NCBI GenBank assembly: GCA_001788415.1
Contig: MGBV01000099.1
Location: forward strand, 34,430 to 68,270
Reading direction: 5' to 3'
Source of the DNA: Candidatus Rokubacteria bacterium GWC2_70_16
Lineage (GTDB): Bacteria; Methylomirabilota; Methylomirabilia; Rokubacteriales; CSP1-6
DNA length: 33,841 nucleotides
Positions within the stretch are counted from its first letter, which is position 1; every line of letters starts with the position of its first letter. A program made the position numbers and the translations under genes. Shown piece by piece: positions 7,444 through 16,329 of this stretch. The notes below the pieces were generated by a model. The model had not been told where the DNA came from. It ran no database searches and saw nothing but the letters and a program-made list of their open reading frames with translations.

Positions 7444-8856
7444 ATGCTGATGGTGCAGCTGGCCTGTCCCAGGTGCGGCTTCGTCATCGAGCAGTACGGG
7501 GCCGCCCAGCTGGAGGCGGACACCCAGAAGCAGAAGCGCTACCAGTACCTCAGGAAGAAGCAGACCCTCTGCCCGAGCTGCCTCAGCCAAACCGCCAAGC
7601 TCGAGGAGCGCCGGGTGGAGGTGGAGGCTGGGCCCCAGGCCGAGCTCATGGCCGAGGCCGAGGCGCCGCCCGAGGCGGTACCTGCGGGCGAGGCCGTCGC
7701 GCCGACGCCGCTATGCGACGAGCTGGAGCGCGGGCCCTGGCCCAGCCACGTGACCGAGCTCAAGCAGACGCGGTACCACATGCAGATGTACGAGGAGGGC
7801 CTCCGCCAGAAGCGAACCCAGTGGGGGTTCGGCGGTTACACCTCGATTCCCGGTGTGGCCTCCGGGATCCTCATGCGGGCCTCGGCCCGGCCCGACATCG
7901 CCAAGGGCGCCAACCTGGTCCGCGCCTTCTGTCCCAGCGGGACGTTCTACTCCACGCAGACCTTCCGGGCCCTCTGCGACGTGGCGGACCGCCACGGCTA
8001 CGGCATCCTGCACCTCCATGCCACGACCTGCGACATCGAGGTCCTGGGGGTGCCCAAGGAGGAGCTCCGGGCGACGGTGGACGAGCTGGTGGCGGCCGGC
8101 CTGGACGTGGGCTCCACCGGGGATGCCTACCGCAACTGCCAGGAGTGCATCGGCCCCTTGCGCTGCGAGATGGTCCTGGTGGACTCGGTGGCCATGCGCC
8201 AGGCCTACTTCACGCGCTTCCTGGACGACGTCCAGTACCCGCGCTTCCCCCACAAGATCAAGTTCAAGCTCTCGGGGTGCCCCAACGACTGCACGCGCTC
8301 GCAGCAGAAGGGGGACATCGCCATCGTCGGGGTGTTCCGGGATCCGCCGACGATCGACGCGGCCCGGCTCGAGGGCTGGGTCGCTGGGGGCGGGGACATC
8401 GCCCACATCGTCAGGATGTGCCCGACGCGAGCCATGGAGTGGGACGGCCGGCGGCTGGCCATCGACGCCGACGGCTGCGTCCGCTGCATGTACTGCATCA
8501 ACAAGTGCCCGGCCGTCCGCCCGGGGGGCGATCGCGGCGTGGCCGTCCTGGCCGGCGGCAAGATGCGGGGCAAGTATGGGCCCCTCCAGCCCTTCGTCAT
8601 CGCGCCATTCGTCCCCGCCGTCCCGCCGGACTTCACGGAGGTCTTCGACCTCTGCGCCAAGATCACCGATGTCTACGACGAGCACGCGCGCCGCAAGGAG
8701 CGGCTGGGGGACTTCATCTACCGCACGGGGATCGACCAGTTCTGCCGCCTGGTCGGCGTGCCGTCGGCCCCTCAGCAGATGGTCTCTCCCCGCATCAATC
8801 CCTTCTACCACTGGACGCCCGAAGAGCTGCAGGCCTCCCGGAAGGAGGCCGACTGA
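7444..8856 (+). CDS. dsrA: Dissimilatory sulfite reductase alpha subunit, copy 2
   Basis: Collinear paralog of 4931..6340; CIGPLRC and GCPNDC, FPHKIKFK, CVRCMYC. Confidence 0.9.
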   Translation: MLMVQLACPRCGFVIEQYGAAQLEADTQKQKRYQYLRKKQTLCPSCLSQTAKLEERRVEVEAGPQAELMAEAEAPPEAVPAGEAVAPTPLCDELERGPWPSHVTELKQTRYHMQMYEEGLRQKRTQWGFGGYTSIPGVASGILMRASARPDIAKGANLVRAFCPSGTFYSTQTFRALCDVADRHGYGILHLHATTCDIEVLGVPKEELRATVDELVAAGLDVGSTGDAYRNCQECIGPLRCEMVLVDSVAMRQAYFTRFLDDVQYPRFPHKIKFKLSGCPNDCTRSQQKGDIAIVGVFRDPPTIDAARLEGWVAGGGDIAHIVRMCPTRAMEWDGRRLAIDADGCVRCMYCINKCPAVRPGGDRGVAVLAGGKMRGKYGPLQPFVIAPFVPAVPPDFTEVFDLCAKITDVYDEHARRKERLGDFIYRTGIDQFCRLVGVPSAPQQMVSPRINPFYHWTPEELQASRKEAD

Positions 8857-9908
8857 TGCCGGGCGTCGGCCTCCCCCCGCTCGAACGGAACCTGCCGCCC
8901 ATCGTCCTCCGCAACTACGGCAAGTGGCTGGACCACGAAGAGCCGAGACCGGGCGTCCTCAAGCATGTGGCCGAGAGCGGCGAGGCATGCTACACCGTGC
9001 GCGCCGGGATGCCGACGAATGCGCGGGTCTCCACCACGCTCGCCCGCAAGATCGCGGACCTCGCGGACGACTTCGCCGGCGGGCACCTGCGCCTGACCCG
9101 GCGCCACAGCCTGGAGCTGGTCGGAGTGGACCCGGCCCGGATCGACGAGCTGATCGAGCGGCTCCGGGGTCTCGGGCTGCCCGTGGGCGGCACCGGCCGG
9201 ACATTCCGCAACACGGTGTCCTGCACCGGCTGGATCCACTGCCAGTTCGCTGCCACCGATGCCCCGGCGGTGGCCAAGGCCATCTCCGACGAGCTGTACG
9301 AGGACTTCCTCACCGAGCGCTACCCGGCCAAGCTCAAGATCTCCATCTCCGGCTGCGTGAACCAGTGCGGCGAGGGGTCCACCGCCGACATCGGGATCGT
9401 CGGCATCCACCGGGACCTGCCCCGGGTCATCGACGAGGAGGTGGCCCGCTGCGAGATCCCGCTGATCGTCTCGGTCTGCCCCACCGGCGCCATCAGGCCC
9501 AAGCCGCCGAAGAGCGTCCAGGTGGATCCCGAGCGCTGCATCCACTGCGTGGCCTGCGCCGCGCCGTGCCAGGGGATGCAGATCGGCGACCCCGACACCG
9601 ACGGCGTCGCGGTCGTGGTTGGCGGCAAGGCGGGCAACTCGGGGAACGGCCCGGCCTTCGCCAAGTTCGTGATCCCCTACCTCCCGAACAGCCCGCCGCG
9701 CTGGCCCGAGGTCACGCGGGCGGTGAGGCAGATCGTGGAGGTGTGGGTGAAGGGAGCCCGGCGGGACGAGCGGATCGGCGACTGGATCGCGCGGATCGGC
9801 TGGGACAAGTTCTTCGAGAAGGCCGGGCTGCCGATGAGCGACAAGCTCCTCGACGGCTACGTCCTCTGGCCCATGTCGGCCCGTACCGGGGTGCGGTTCC
9901 ACTGGTAG
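8856..9908 (+). CDS. dsrB: Dissimilatory sulfite reductase beta subunit, copy 2
   Basis: TGATG overlap with dsrA2; NYGKW, CTGWIHC, GCVNQCG, PPRWPE, RIGWDKFF. Confidence 0.92.
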   Translation: MPGVGLPPLERNLPPIVLRNYGKWLDHEEPRPGVLKHVAESGEACYTVRAGMPTNARVSTTLARKIADLADDFAGGHLRLTRRHSLELVGVDPARIDELIERLRGLGLPVGGTGRTFRNTVSCTGWIHCQFAATDAPAVAKAISDELYEDFLTERYPAKLKISISGCVNQCGEGSTADIGIVGIHRDLPRVIDEEVARCEIPLIVSVCPTGAIRPKPPKSVQVDPERCIHCVACAAPCQGMQIGDPDTDGVAVVVGGKAGNSGNGPAFAKFVIPYLPNSPPRWPEVTRAVRQIVEVWVKGARRDERIGDWIARIGWDKFFEKAGLPMSDKLLDGYVLWPMSARTGVRFHW

Positions 9909-9941
9909 CTCAGGTCCCTCGCACGAGAGGAGAGAACGGCC

Positions 9942-10259
9942 ATGGCGACGGTAGAGCTCGAAGGCAAGACGATGGAGCTGGACGAGGATGGGTTCCTGCA
10001 GAATCCGGATCTCTGGTCCGAGACGGTGGCCCAGTACTTCGCCGACCAGGAGGGGCTGGGGCAGCTCACGGACGAGCACTGGAAGGTGGTGAAGATGATC
10101 CGCGGCTACTACCTGCAGTTCGGCGTCGCCCCCATGATCCGCAAGGTCGTCAAGGACACCGGCTTCGACCTCAAGTACATCTACCAGCTCTTCCCCTCGG
10201 GGCCGGCCAAGGGGGCCTGCAAGGTCGCCGGGCTCCCCAAGCCCACGGGCTGCGTGTAG
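9942..10259 (+). CDS. dsrC: Sulfur carrier DsrC with both C-terminal cysteines
   Basis: DEDGFL, LTDEHW, LFPSGPAKGACKVAGLPKPTGCV (CX10C). Confidence 0.97.
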   Translation: MATVELEGKTMELDEDGFLQNPDLWSETVAQYFADQEGLGQLTDEHWKVVKMIRGYYLQFGVAPMIRKVVKDTGFDLKYIYQLFPSGPAKGACKVAGLPKPTGCV

Positions 10260-10275
10260 GCGGGCGGAGGCTCGG

Positions 10276-10851
10276 GTGACGCTGCCCGCGGGCGCCCGCG
10301 CGGCGGGCGGGCCAGGTCTCGAGGCGCTGGCGGCACGGCGGAGCGCCATTGCCGGCCGGTGGCTGGCGCTGACGCTCGAGGGCTACCCGGCCCCCACCGC
10401 GCGCCTGCTGGCGCGCGAGACGGACCCCTTCCGCAACCCCGTCGGGCACACCCTCAGGCAGGCGCTGTCTGGCCTCGCGGAGGAGCTTGTCGGGGCCATG
10501 GACCCCGCCAGGGTCGCCGCCCTCCTGGACAGCGTCGTGAGGATCCGCGCCGTCCAGGACGTGAGCGCGAAGGAGGCGGTGAGCTTCGTGTTCCTGGCCA
10601 GGCAGGCCCTTCGCGAAGAGATCGACAGCGGCGGGGGACTGCCGGCCGGAGACGGGCTGGCGGCCGTGGAGGCGCGGGTCGACGAGATGGCGCTCTCGGC
10701 CTTCGACCTGTTCATGCGCTGCCGCGAGCAGATCCACGCGATCCGGGCCGACGAGGCCCGACGCCGGACGGCTCTCCTGGACCGCATCCGCGAGCGGGCC
10801 GGCCGGCCCGGGAGCGAGCCCGCCGGGGCGGACCCGGGAACTGCGCCGTGA
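10276..10851 (+). CDS. dsrT: DsrT (RsbRD N-terminal-domain protein)
   Basis: W...YP, DPFRNPVG, VRIRAVQD, AVSFVF, AFDLFMRCRE; directly upstream of dsrM. Confidence 0.88.
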   Translation: MTLPAGARAAGGPGLEALAARRSAIAGRWLALTLEGYPAPTARLLARETDPFRNPVGHTLRQALSGLAEELVGAMDPARVAALLDSVVRIRAVQDVSAKEAVSFVFLARQALREEIDSGGGLPAGDGLAAVEARVDEMALSAFDLFMRCREQIHAIRADEARRRTALLDRIRERAGRPGSEPAGADPGTAP

Positions 10852-11840
10852 GCGCGCTGGCCCCCCTGGCCCTCGTCCTGCTCCTGGCCGGGCTGGCCCT
10901 GGCCGGCGGGCAGTTCTCCGGGCTCCGCCCCGTGCTCGGCGTGCTCCTCCCCTACGCGGCCTTCGTCACCTTCCTCCTCGGGGTGTGCCATCGCATCCTC
11001 GTGTGGGTGCGAGCGCCTGTCCCCTTCCGCATCCCCACCACCTGCGGCCAGCAGCGCTCCCTGCCCTGGATCAGGCAGAGCCGCATCGAGAACCCGTCCT
11101 CGACAGCTGGCGTCGTGGCGCGCATGGCGCTGGAGGTGTGTCTGTTCCGGTCGCTGCTCCGCGGCAGCCGGGCCGAGCTGCGGGAAGGGCCCCGGCTGGT
11201 GTACGCCGACGACCGGCTCCTGTGGCTGGCGGCGCTGGCCTTCCACTGGTCGCTTCTCGTCGTCGTCCTGAGACACCTGCGCTTCGTCCTGGAGCCAGTG
11301 CCCGCGGCGATCCGCACGCTGGCCGCGGTGGACGGGTTCTTCCAGCTGGGCGCCCCGGGGCTCTACGCCACGGATGTCGTCCTCGTGGCCGCGCTGGGCT
11401 ATCTCCTCTGGCGGAGGCTCGCAAACCCGCAGCTCCGGTACCTGTCGCTGTCCGCCGACTACTTCGCGCTCTACCTGCTGCTGGGGCTGGCCGCCTCCGG
11501 CCTGCTCATGCGGCATGTGGTCCGGACGGACGTCGTGGCGGTGAAGCAGCTCGCCCTCGGCCTCGTGACCCTGTCCCCCATTGTCCCCGAGGGCGTGGGC
11601 TCCCTGGCGCTCCTGCACCTCGTCCTCCTGAGCACGCTCGCCGCCTACTTCCCCTTCAGCAAGCTCATGCACATGGGCGGCATCTTCCTGAGCCCGACGC
11701 GGAACCTGGCCAATACGAGCCGGGCGCATCGCCACGTCAACCCCTGGAACGCGCCCGTCGCCACCCACAGCTACGAGGAGTGGGAGGACGAGTTCCGGGA
11801 CAAGATCAGGGCGGCCGGCCTGCCGCTCGAGAAGGGATAG
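10848..11840 (+). CDS. dsrM: DsrM, NarI-like membrane cytochrome b
   Basis: PVPFRIPTTCGQQ, FHWSL..LRHLR, YFPFSKLMHMGGIFLSPTRN, YEEWEDEFR; GTGA overlap with dsrT. Confidence 0.93.
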   Translation: MSALAPLALVLLLAGLALAGGQFSGLRPVLGVLLPYAAFVTFLLGVCHRILVWVRAPVPFRIPTTCGQQRSLPWIRQSRIENPSSTAGVVARMALEVCLFRSLLRGSRAELREGPRLVYADDRLLWLAALAFHWSLLVVVLRHLRFVLEPVPAAIRTLAAVDGFFQLGAPGLYATDVVLVAALGYLLWRRLANPQLRYLSLSADYFALYLLLGLAASGLLMRHVVRTDVVAVKQLALGLVTLSPIVPEGVGSLALLHLVLLSTLAAYFPFSKLMHMGGIFLSPTRNLANTSRAHRHVNPWNAPVATHSYEEWEDEFRDKIRAAGLPLEKG

Positions 11841-11842
11841 CC

Positions 11843-13462
11843 ATGGCGGAAGAGGCCCCGGCCCCCGCGCAGCTCGCGCAGGTCGACTACCGGCCGCCGG
11901 CGCGGGACTGGCGGGAGGCCGCCGTCGACTTCCGCAAGGGGACCTACTGCTACAGCGCCGCGCCCAAGAACCTCCAGTACCTGGGGCTGCCCAATCCGCG
12001 ACCGTGGCAGCCCCACGACGCGGACTGGAAGCTCCCCCCCGACTGGAAGCAGACCATCCTCGCGGGCATGAAGGACAGGCTCGAGCGCTTCCGGTCCTTC
12101 CGCCTGTTCATGGACATCTGCGTGCGCTGCGGGGCCTGCGCCGACAAGTGCCACTTCTACCTCGGCACCGGCGACCCCAAGAACATGCCGGTGTTGAGGG
12201 CCGAGCTGATGCGCTCGGTGTACCGGCGCTACTTCACCCTGCCCGGCCGGCTGCTGGGCGGGCTCGCGGGCGGGCGGGAGCTCACCGAGGACGTGCTCAA
12301 GGAGTGGTTCTACTACTACCACCAGTGCACGGAGTGCCGCCGCTGCTCGGTCTTCTGCCCCTTCGGGATCGACACGGCGGAAGTGACCATGATGGGGCGC
12401 GAGCTGCTGACCCTGGTGGGCTGCAACATCAACTGGATCCTCGAGCCGGCGGCGAATTGCTACCGGACGGGCAACCACCTCGGGATCCAGCCCCATGCCT
12501 TCAAGGACAGCGTCGACTTCGCCGTGGACGAGCTGGAGGAGATGACCGGCATCCGCGTGGAGGCTCCCATCAACAAGAAGGGCGCCGAGATCCTGTACGT
12601 GATCCCGTCGGCGGAGACCTTCGGGACGCCCCACTACTACACGCTCCTGGGCACGCTGCTCCTCTTCCACGCCATCGGTCTGGACTACACGCTCAGCGCG
12701 TATGCCTCCGAGGGCGGCAACTTCGGCCTCTTCACCTCCCACGAGGTGATGAAGCGGCTGAACGCCAAGATCTACGCCGAGGCCCGGCGGCTGGGGGTCA
12801 AGTGGATCCTCGGCGGCGAGTGCGGCCACATGTGGCGCGTCGTGCACCAGTACATGGACACCATGAACGGCCCGGCGGACTTCCTGGAGGAGCCCGTCTC
12901 GCCGGTGACGGGCACGCGGTTCGAGCAGGCGCGGTCCACGAAGATGGTGCACATCTGCGAGTTCACGGCCGATCTCATCCGCGAGGGCAAGCTCCGGCTC
13001 GACCCCCGGCGGAACGACCACTGGGTCGCGACCTTCCACGACTCCTGCAACCCGGCCCGGGCCATGGGGCTCCTCGAGGAGCCGCGCTACATCCTCCGGA
13101 GCGTGTGCCAGCGCTTCCACGAGATGCCCGAGAGCACCATCCGGGAGCGGACCTTCTGCTGCGGCAGCGGGTCGGGTCTCGGCACGGACGAGAATTTCGA
13201 GATGCGCATGCGGGGCGGCTTCCCCCGGGCCAATGCCGTGAGGCATGTGCAAGACCGGTTCGGCGTGAACCTGGTGGCGTGCATCTGCGCCATCGACAAG
13301 GCCACGCTCCCGCCGCTCCTGGAGTACTGGGTGCCGGGGATGAACGTGGCCGGCGTGCACGAGCTCGTGGGCAATGCCCTCGTGGTCGACGGCGAGAAGG
13401 CGCGGACCCAGGACCTGCGCGGCCAGCCCCTGGTCTCGCCGGAGGCACCCGCCGGTGCGTGA
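11843..13462 (+). CDS. dsrK: DsrK, HdrD-like Fe-S protein
   Basis: CVRCGACADKCH, CTECRRCSVFCP, GECGH, FHDSCN, FCCGSG; ATG at 11843. Confidence 0.95.
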   Translation: MAEEAPAPAQLAQVDYRPPARDWREAAVDFRKGTYCYSAAPKNLQYLGLPNPRPWQPHDADWKLPPDWKQTILAGMKDRLERFRSFRLFMDICVRCGACADKCHFYLGTGDPKNMPVLRAELMRSVYRRYFTLPGRLLGGLAGGRELTEDVLKEWFYYYHQCTECRRCSVFCPFGIDTAEVTMMGRELLTLVGCNINWILEPAANCYRTGNHLGIQPHAFKDSVDFAVDELEEMTGIRVEAPINKKGAEILYVIPSAETFGTPHYYTLLGTLLLFHAIGLDYTLSAYASEGGNFGLFTSHEVMKRLNAKIYAEARRLGVKWILGGECGHMWRVVHQYMDTMNGPADFLEEPVSPVTGTRFEQARSTKMVHICEFTADLIREGKLRLDPRRNDHWVATFHDSCNPARAMGLLEEPRYILRSVCQRFHEMPESTIRERTFCCGSGSGLGTDENFEMRMRGGFPRANAVRHVQDRFGVNLVACICAIDKATLPPLLEYWVPGMNVAGVHELVGNALVVDGEKARTQDLRGQPLVSPEAPAGA

Positions 13463-13850
13463 CCGGGGTTTGCTGGTCGGCGGCCTGGCCCTCTTCGTGG
13501 CCGTGATCACCTTCCCGGTCTGGTACAACGTCGCCGCCGGGACGCCCACGCGGGGCCCCGAGCCCGTGCGCCCCGCCGGGACCGGGCGCTGCGTTGGGCC
13601 CACGGAGTACATGCGCGCTTCCCACATGAGCCTGCTCATGGCGTGGCGCGACGACGTGGTGCGAGGGCAGGACCGCAACTTCGTGGGCCCCGACGGGAAG
13701 ACCTACGCCAAGAGCCTCACGCGCACCTGTCTCGGCTGTCACACCAGCAAGGCGGAGTTCTGCGACCGCTGCCACGACTACGGCGCCGTGAAGCTCACCT
13801 GCTGGGAGTGCCACATCGACCCCGCCTCACTCCGGAAGGCTCAGCGATGA
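13455..13850 (+). CDS. dsrJ: DsrJ triheme cytochrome c
   Basis: N-terminal TM helix, CV...YMRASHM..L..WRDDVVR, CLGCH, CDRCH, CWECH; GGAGG then GTG 13455. Confidence 0.92.
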   Translation: MRDRGLLVGGLALFVAVITFPVWYNVAAGTPTRGPEPVRPAGTGRCVGPTEYMRASHMSLLMAWRDDVVRGQDRNFVGPDGKTYAKSLTRTCLGCHTSKAEFCDRCHDYGAVKLTCWECHIDPASLRKAQR

Positions 13851-14614
13851 GCATGGATCGCCGGGCTTTCCTGGGCGCGGCCGGGCTCTCCGCGCTGGCC
13901 ATGACCGGGACCCAGTCCCTCGAGGCCCTGGCCGGCGCCGGCCGCCCGGAGACAACGCCCGAGGGGCGCCGCGCCCCGCGCTGGGGCATGGTCATCGATC
14001 TGCGGAAATGCCTCGAGGACCGGGGCTGCACCGATTGCATCGCCGCCTGCGAACGCGCGCACAACGTGCCGCGGCTCGAGTCGCGGGCCCACGAGGTGAA
14101 GTGGATCTGGCGGGAGCCCTACGAGCGGGCCTTCGCCCAGCGCGGGAGCGGGTACGGGGACGAGGCCCTCAGGGGCAAGCGCGTCCCCGTGCTCTGCAAC
14201 CACTGCGACAATCCCCCGTGCGTGCGCGTGTGCCCCGTCAAGGCCACGTGGAAGCGGGGAGACGGCATCGTCATGATGGACTGGCACCGCTGCATCGGCT
14301 GCCGCTACTGCATGGCGGCCTGTCCCTACGGGGCGCGGAGCTTCAACTGGCTCGACCCGCGCCCCCGGGTCAAGGAGGTGAACCCGGATTTCCCCACGCG
14401 GACCAGAGGGGTCGTCGAGAAATGCAACTTCTGCGAGGAGCGGCTCGCCCAGGGGCGCGGGCCGGCCTGCGTGGAGGCGTGCCGGGAGCGGGCCCTGACT
14501 TTCGGGGACCTGCGGGACCCCGGCTCGGAGGTGCGCGGGCTCTTGCGGAGCCGTCACGCCATGAGGCGGAAGCCCGAGCTCGGCACCGAGCCGAGCGTCT
14601 ACTACCTGGCATGA
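13847..14614 (+). CDS. dsrO: DsrO periplasmic Fe-S protein
   Basis: Tat signal DRRAFLG, RWGMVIDL, CNHCDNPPCVRVCP, CIGCRYCMAACP, KCNFC. Confidence 0.93.
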   Translation: MSMDRRAFLGAAGLSALAMTGTQSLEALAGAGRPETTPEGRRAPRWGMVIDLRKCLEDRGCTDCIAACERAHNVPRLESRAHEVKWIWREPYERAFAQRGSGYGDEALRGKRVPVLCNHCDNPPCVRVCPVKATWKRGDGIVMMDWHRCIGCRYCMAACPYGARSFNWLDPRPRVKEVNPDFPTRTRGVVEKCNFCEERLAQGRGPACVEACRERALTFGDLRDPGSEVRGLLRSRHAMRRKPELGTEPSVYYLA

Positions 14615-14632
14615 GGAGGCAGGGAGGCGGCC

Positions 14633-15832
14633 GTGCTTGACAAGGGGCTCAGTGGGGGCGGGCGGTACTGGGCCTGGCTCGGCGCCCTGGCCGCGCTGAT
14701 CGTCGCGGGCGCGCTGGCCTACCAGCGGCAGCTCACGCTGGGGCTGGGGATCACGGGGCTGAGCCGGGATGTGACCTGGGGTCTCTACATCGCCCAGTTC
14801 ACCTTCCTGGTCGGGGTCGCGGCCTCGGCCGTCGTGGTGGTCCTGCCCTATTACCTGCACGACTACCGCGTCTTCGGCAAGATCACGATCCTCGGCGAAT
14901 GCCTCGCCGTCTCCGCCGTGGCCATGTGCCTGCTCTTCGTCTTCGTGGACATGGGCCAGCCCGCGCGCGCGCTGAACGTGCTCCTGTACCCGACGCCCAA
15001 CTCCATCATGTTCTGGGACATGCTCGTGCTCGCCGGCTACCTGGCGCTCAACGCCGTCATCGCCCGGGCCACGCTCTCGGCCGAGCACCGGGGCGTGCCG
15101 CCGCCCCGGTGGCTCCGGCCCGTCATCGTGCTCTCCATTCCCTGGGCCGTCAGCATCCACACGGTCACGGCGTTCCTGTACAGCGGGCTCCCCGGACGGC
15201 ACCTGTGGCTGACCGCGCTCCTGGCGCCGCGCTTCCTCGCCTCGGCCTTCGCCTCGGGGCCCGCCCTGCTGATCCTCCTGGCCATGCTCCTCCGCCGACT
15301 CACGGGCTTCGACGTCGGCCGGGAGGCCCTCCAGAAGCTCGGGCTGATCGTCGCCTACACGATGACCGTCAACGTGTTCTTCGTGCTGGTGGAGCTCTTC
15401 ACGGTCTTCTACAGCCAGGCGCCCGAGGCGATGCACCACTTCGAGTTCCTGTTCCTCGGACTCGAGGGCCAGGCGGGGCTGGTCCCGTGGATGTGGGCCT
15501 CGGTGGTCCTGGCCATGATGTCGCTGGGCCTGCTCCTCACGCCGCGCTGCCGCCAGGACATGCGGCTCCTGGCCGCCGCCTGCGCCATGGTGTTCGCCTC
15601 GCTGTGGATGGACAAGGGCCTCGGCCTCATCGTCGGCGGCTTCGTGCCCTCGCCCCTGGGAGAGGTGACGGGCTACGCCCCGACGCTGCCGGAGGTCGCC
15701 ATCGCGCTCGCCATCTGGGCCGTGGGCTCGCTGCTGGCCACCGTGCTCTTCAAGGTCGTCGCCGCCGTGAGGGGGGAGCCGAGTGGCCCCGACCCCCACT
15801 CCCGCTGGGCCCGGGCCCCCGTCGAGCCATGA
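14633..15832 (+). CDS. dsrP: DsrP, NrfD/PsrC-family membrane protein
   Basis: TGLSRDVTWGLYIAQFTFLVGVAA, SIPWAVSIHTVTAFL, RFLASAF; polytopic hydrophobic protein. Confidence 0.93.
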   Translation: MLDKGLSGGGRYWAWLGALAALIVAGALAYQRQLTLGLGITGLSRDVTWGLYIAQFTFLVGVAASAVVVVLPYYLHDYRVFGKITILGECLAVSAVAMCLLFVFVDMGQPARALNVLLYPTPNSIMFWDMLVLAGYLALNAVIARATLSAEHRGVPPPRWLRPVIVLSIPWAVSIHTVTAFLYSGLPGRHLWLTALLAPRFLASAFASGPALLILLAMLLRRLTGFDVGREALQKLGLIVAYTMTVNVFFVLVELFTVFYSQAPEAMHHFEFLFLGLEGQAGLVPWMWASVVLAMMSLGLLLTPRCRQDMRLLAAACAMVFASLWMDKGLGLIVGGFVPSPLGEVTGYAPTLPEVAIALAIWAVGSLLATVLFKVVAAVRGEPSGPDPHSRWARAPVEP

Positions 15833-16326
15833 AGGTCAGGCGCGAGAGCAAGTACGGCCTCCTCGGCCTGATCTTCCTGGCCCAGCAGGCGCCCGGCCGC
15901 GTGGTCGGGCTCAAGGAGATCGCGGCGCGCCAGGGGCTGCCCGAGCACTTCCTGGCCAAGATCTTCCCGAAATTCGTCCGCTACCGGCTGGTGAGGGCCT
16001 ACCGCGGCGCCACGCGAGGGTATGCCCTGGCGCGGGCCCCGGAGCACATCAAGCTCCGCGAAATTCTCGAGGCCATCGAGGGGCCCGAGGTGACCAACCA
16101 GTGCTTCTTCTGGGGCAGCGAGTGCGACGTGACCAACCCCTGCCCCGTGCATTGCCGGTGGAGAGAGATCCGGCCCTGGATCACCGACATCCTCGAGCGG
16201 ACCACGCTGCAGGAGCTGATCCTCAAGCAGTTGATGGTGAACGAGGTCACGGGCAAGGAGCGAGGGCCCGCTGACAGCCCCGCCGCGCCGGCCCGGATCG
16301 GTGAGCAGGCCTCAGGGAGCCCCTGA
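15829..16326 (+). CDS. Rrf2-family (IscR/NsrR-like) transcriptional regulator
   Basis: KYGL, LKEIA...LP..FLAKI, RG..RGYALAR, LREILEAIEG, C-X6-C-X5-C-PVH; ATGA overlap with dsrP. Confidence 0.9.
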   Translation: MKVRRESKYGLLGLIFLAQQAPGRVVGLKEIAARQGLPEHFLAKIFPKFVRYRLVRAYRGATRGYALARAPEHIKLREILEAIEGPEVTNQCFFWGSECDVTNPCPVHCRWREIRPWITDILERTTLQELILKQLMVNEVTGKERGPADSPAAPARIGEQASGSP

Positions 16327-16329
16327 CGG

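Larger units (their letters stand above)
4931..9908 (+). repeat. Diverged tandem duplication of dsrAB (4931-7395 and 7444-9908, each 2465 bp)
   Basis: Collinear protein and DNA similarity over the whole unit, with many synonymous and non-synonymous differences. Confidence 0.95.

Noticed and set aside
4931-9908. dsrAB duplication as an assembly artefact
   Set aside because: The copies differ at roughly a quarter to a third of residues and have different A-B junctions (2-nt gap vs TGATG overlap)
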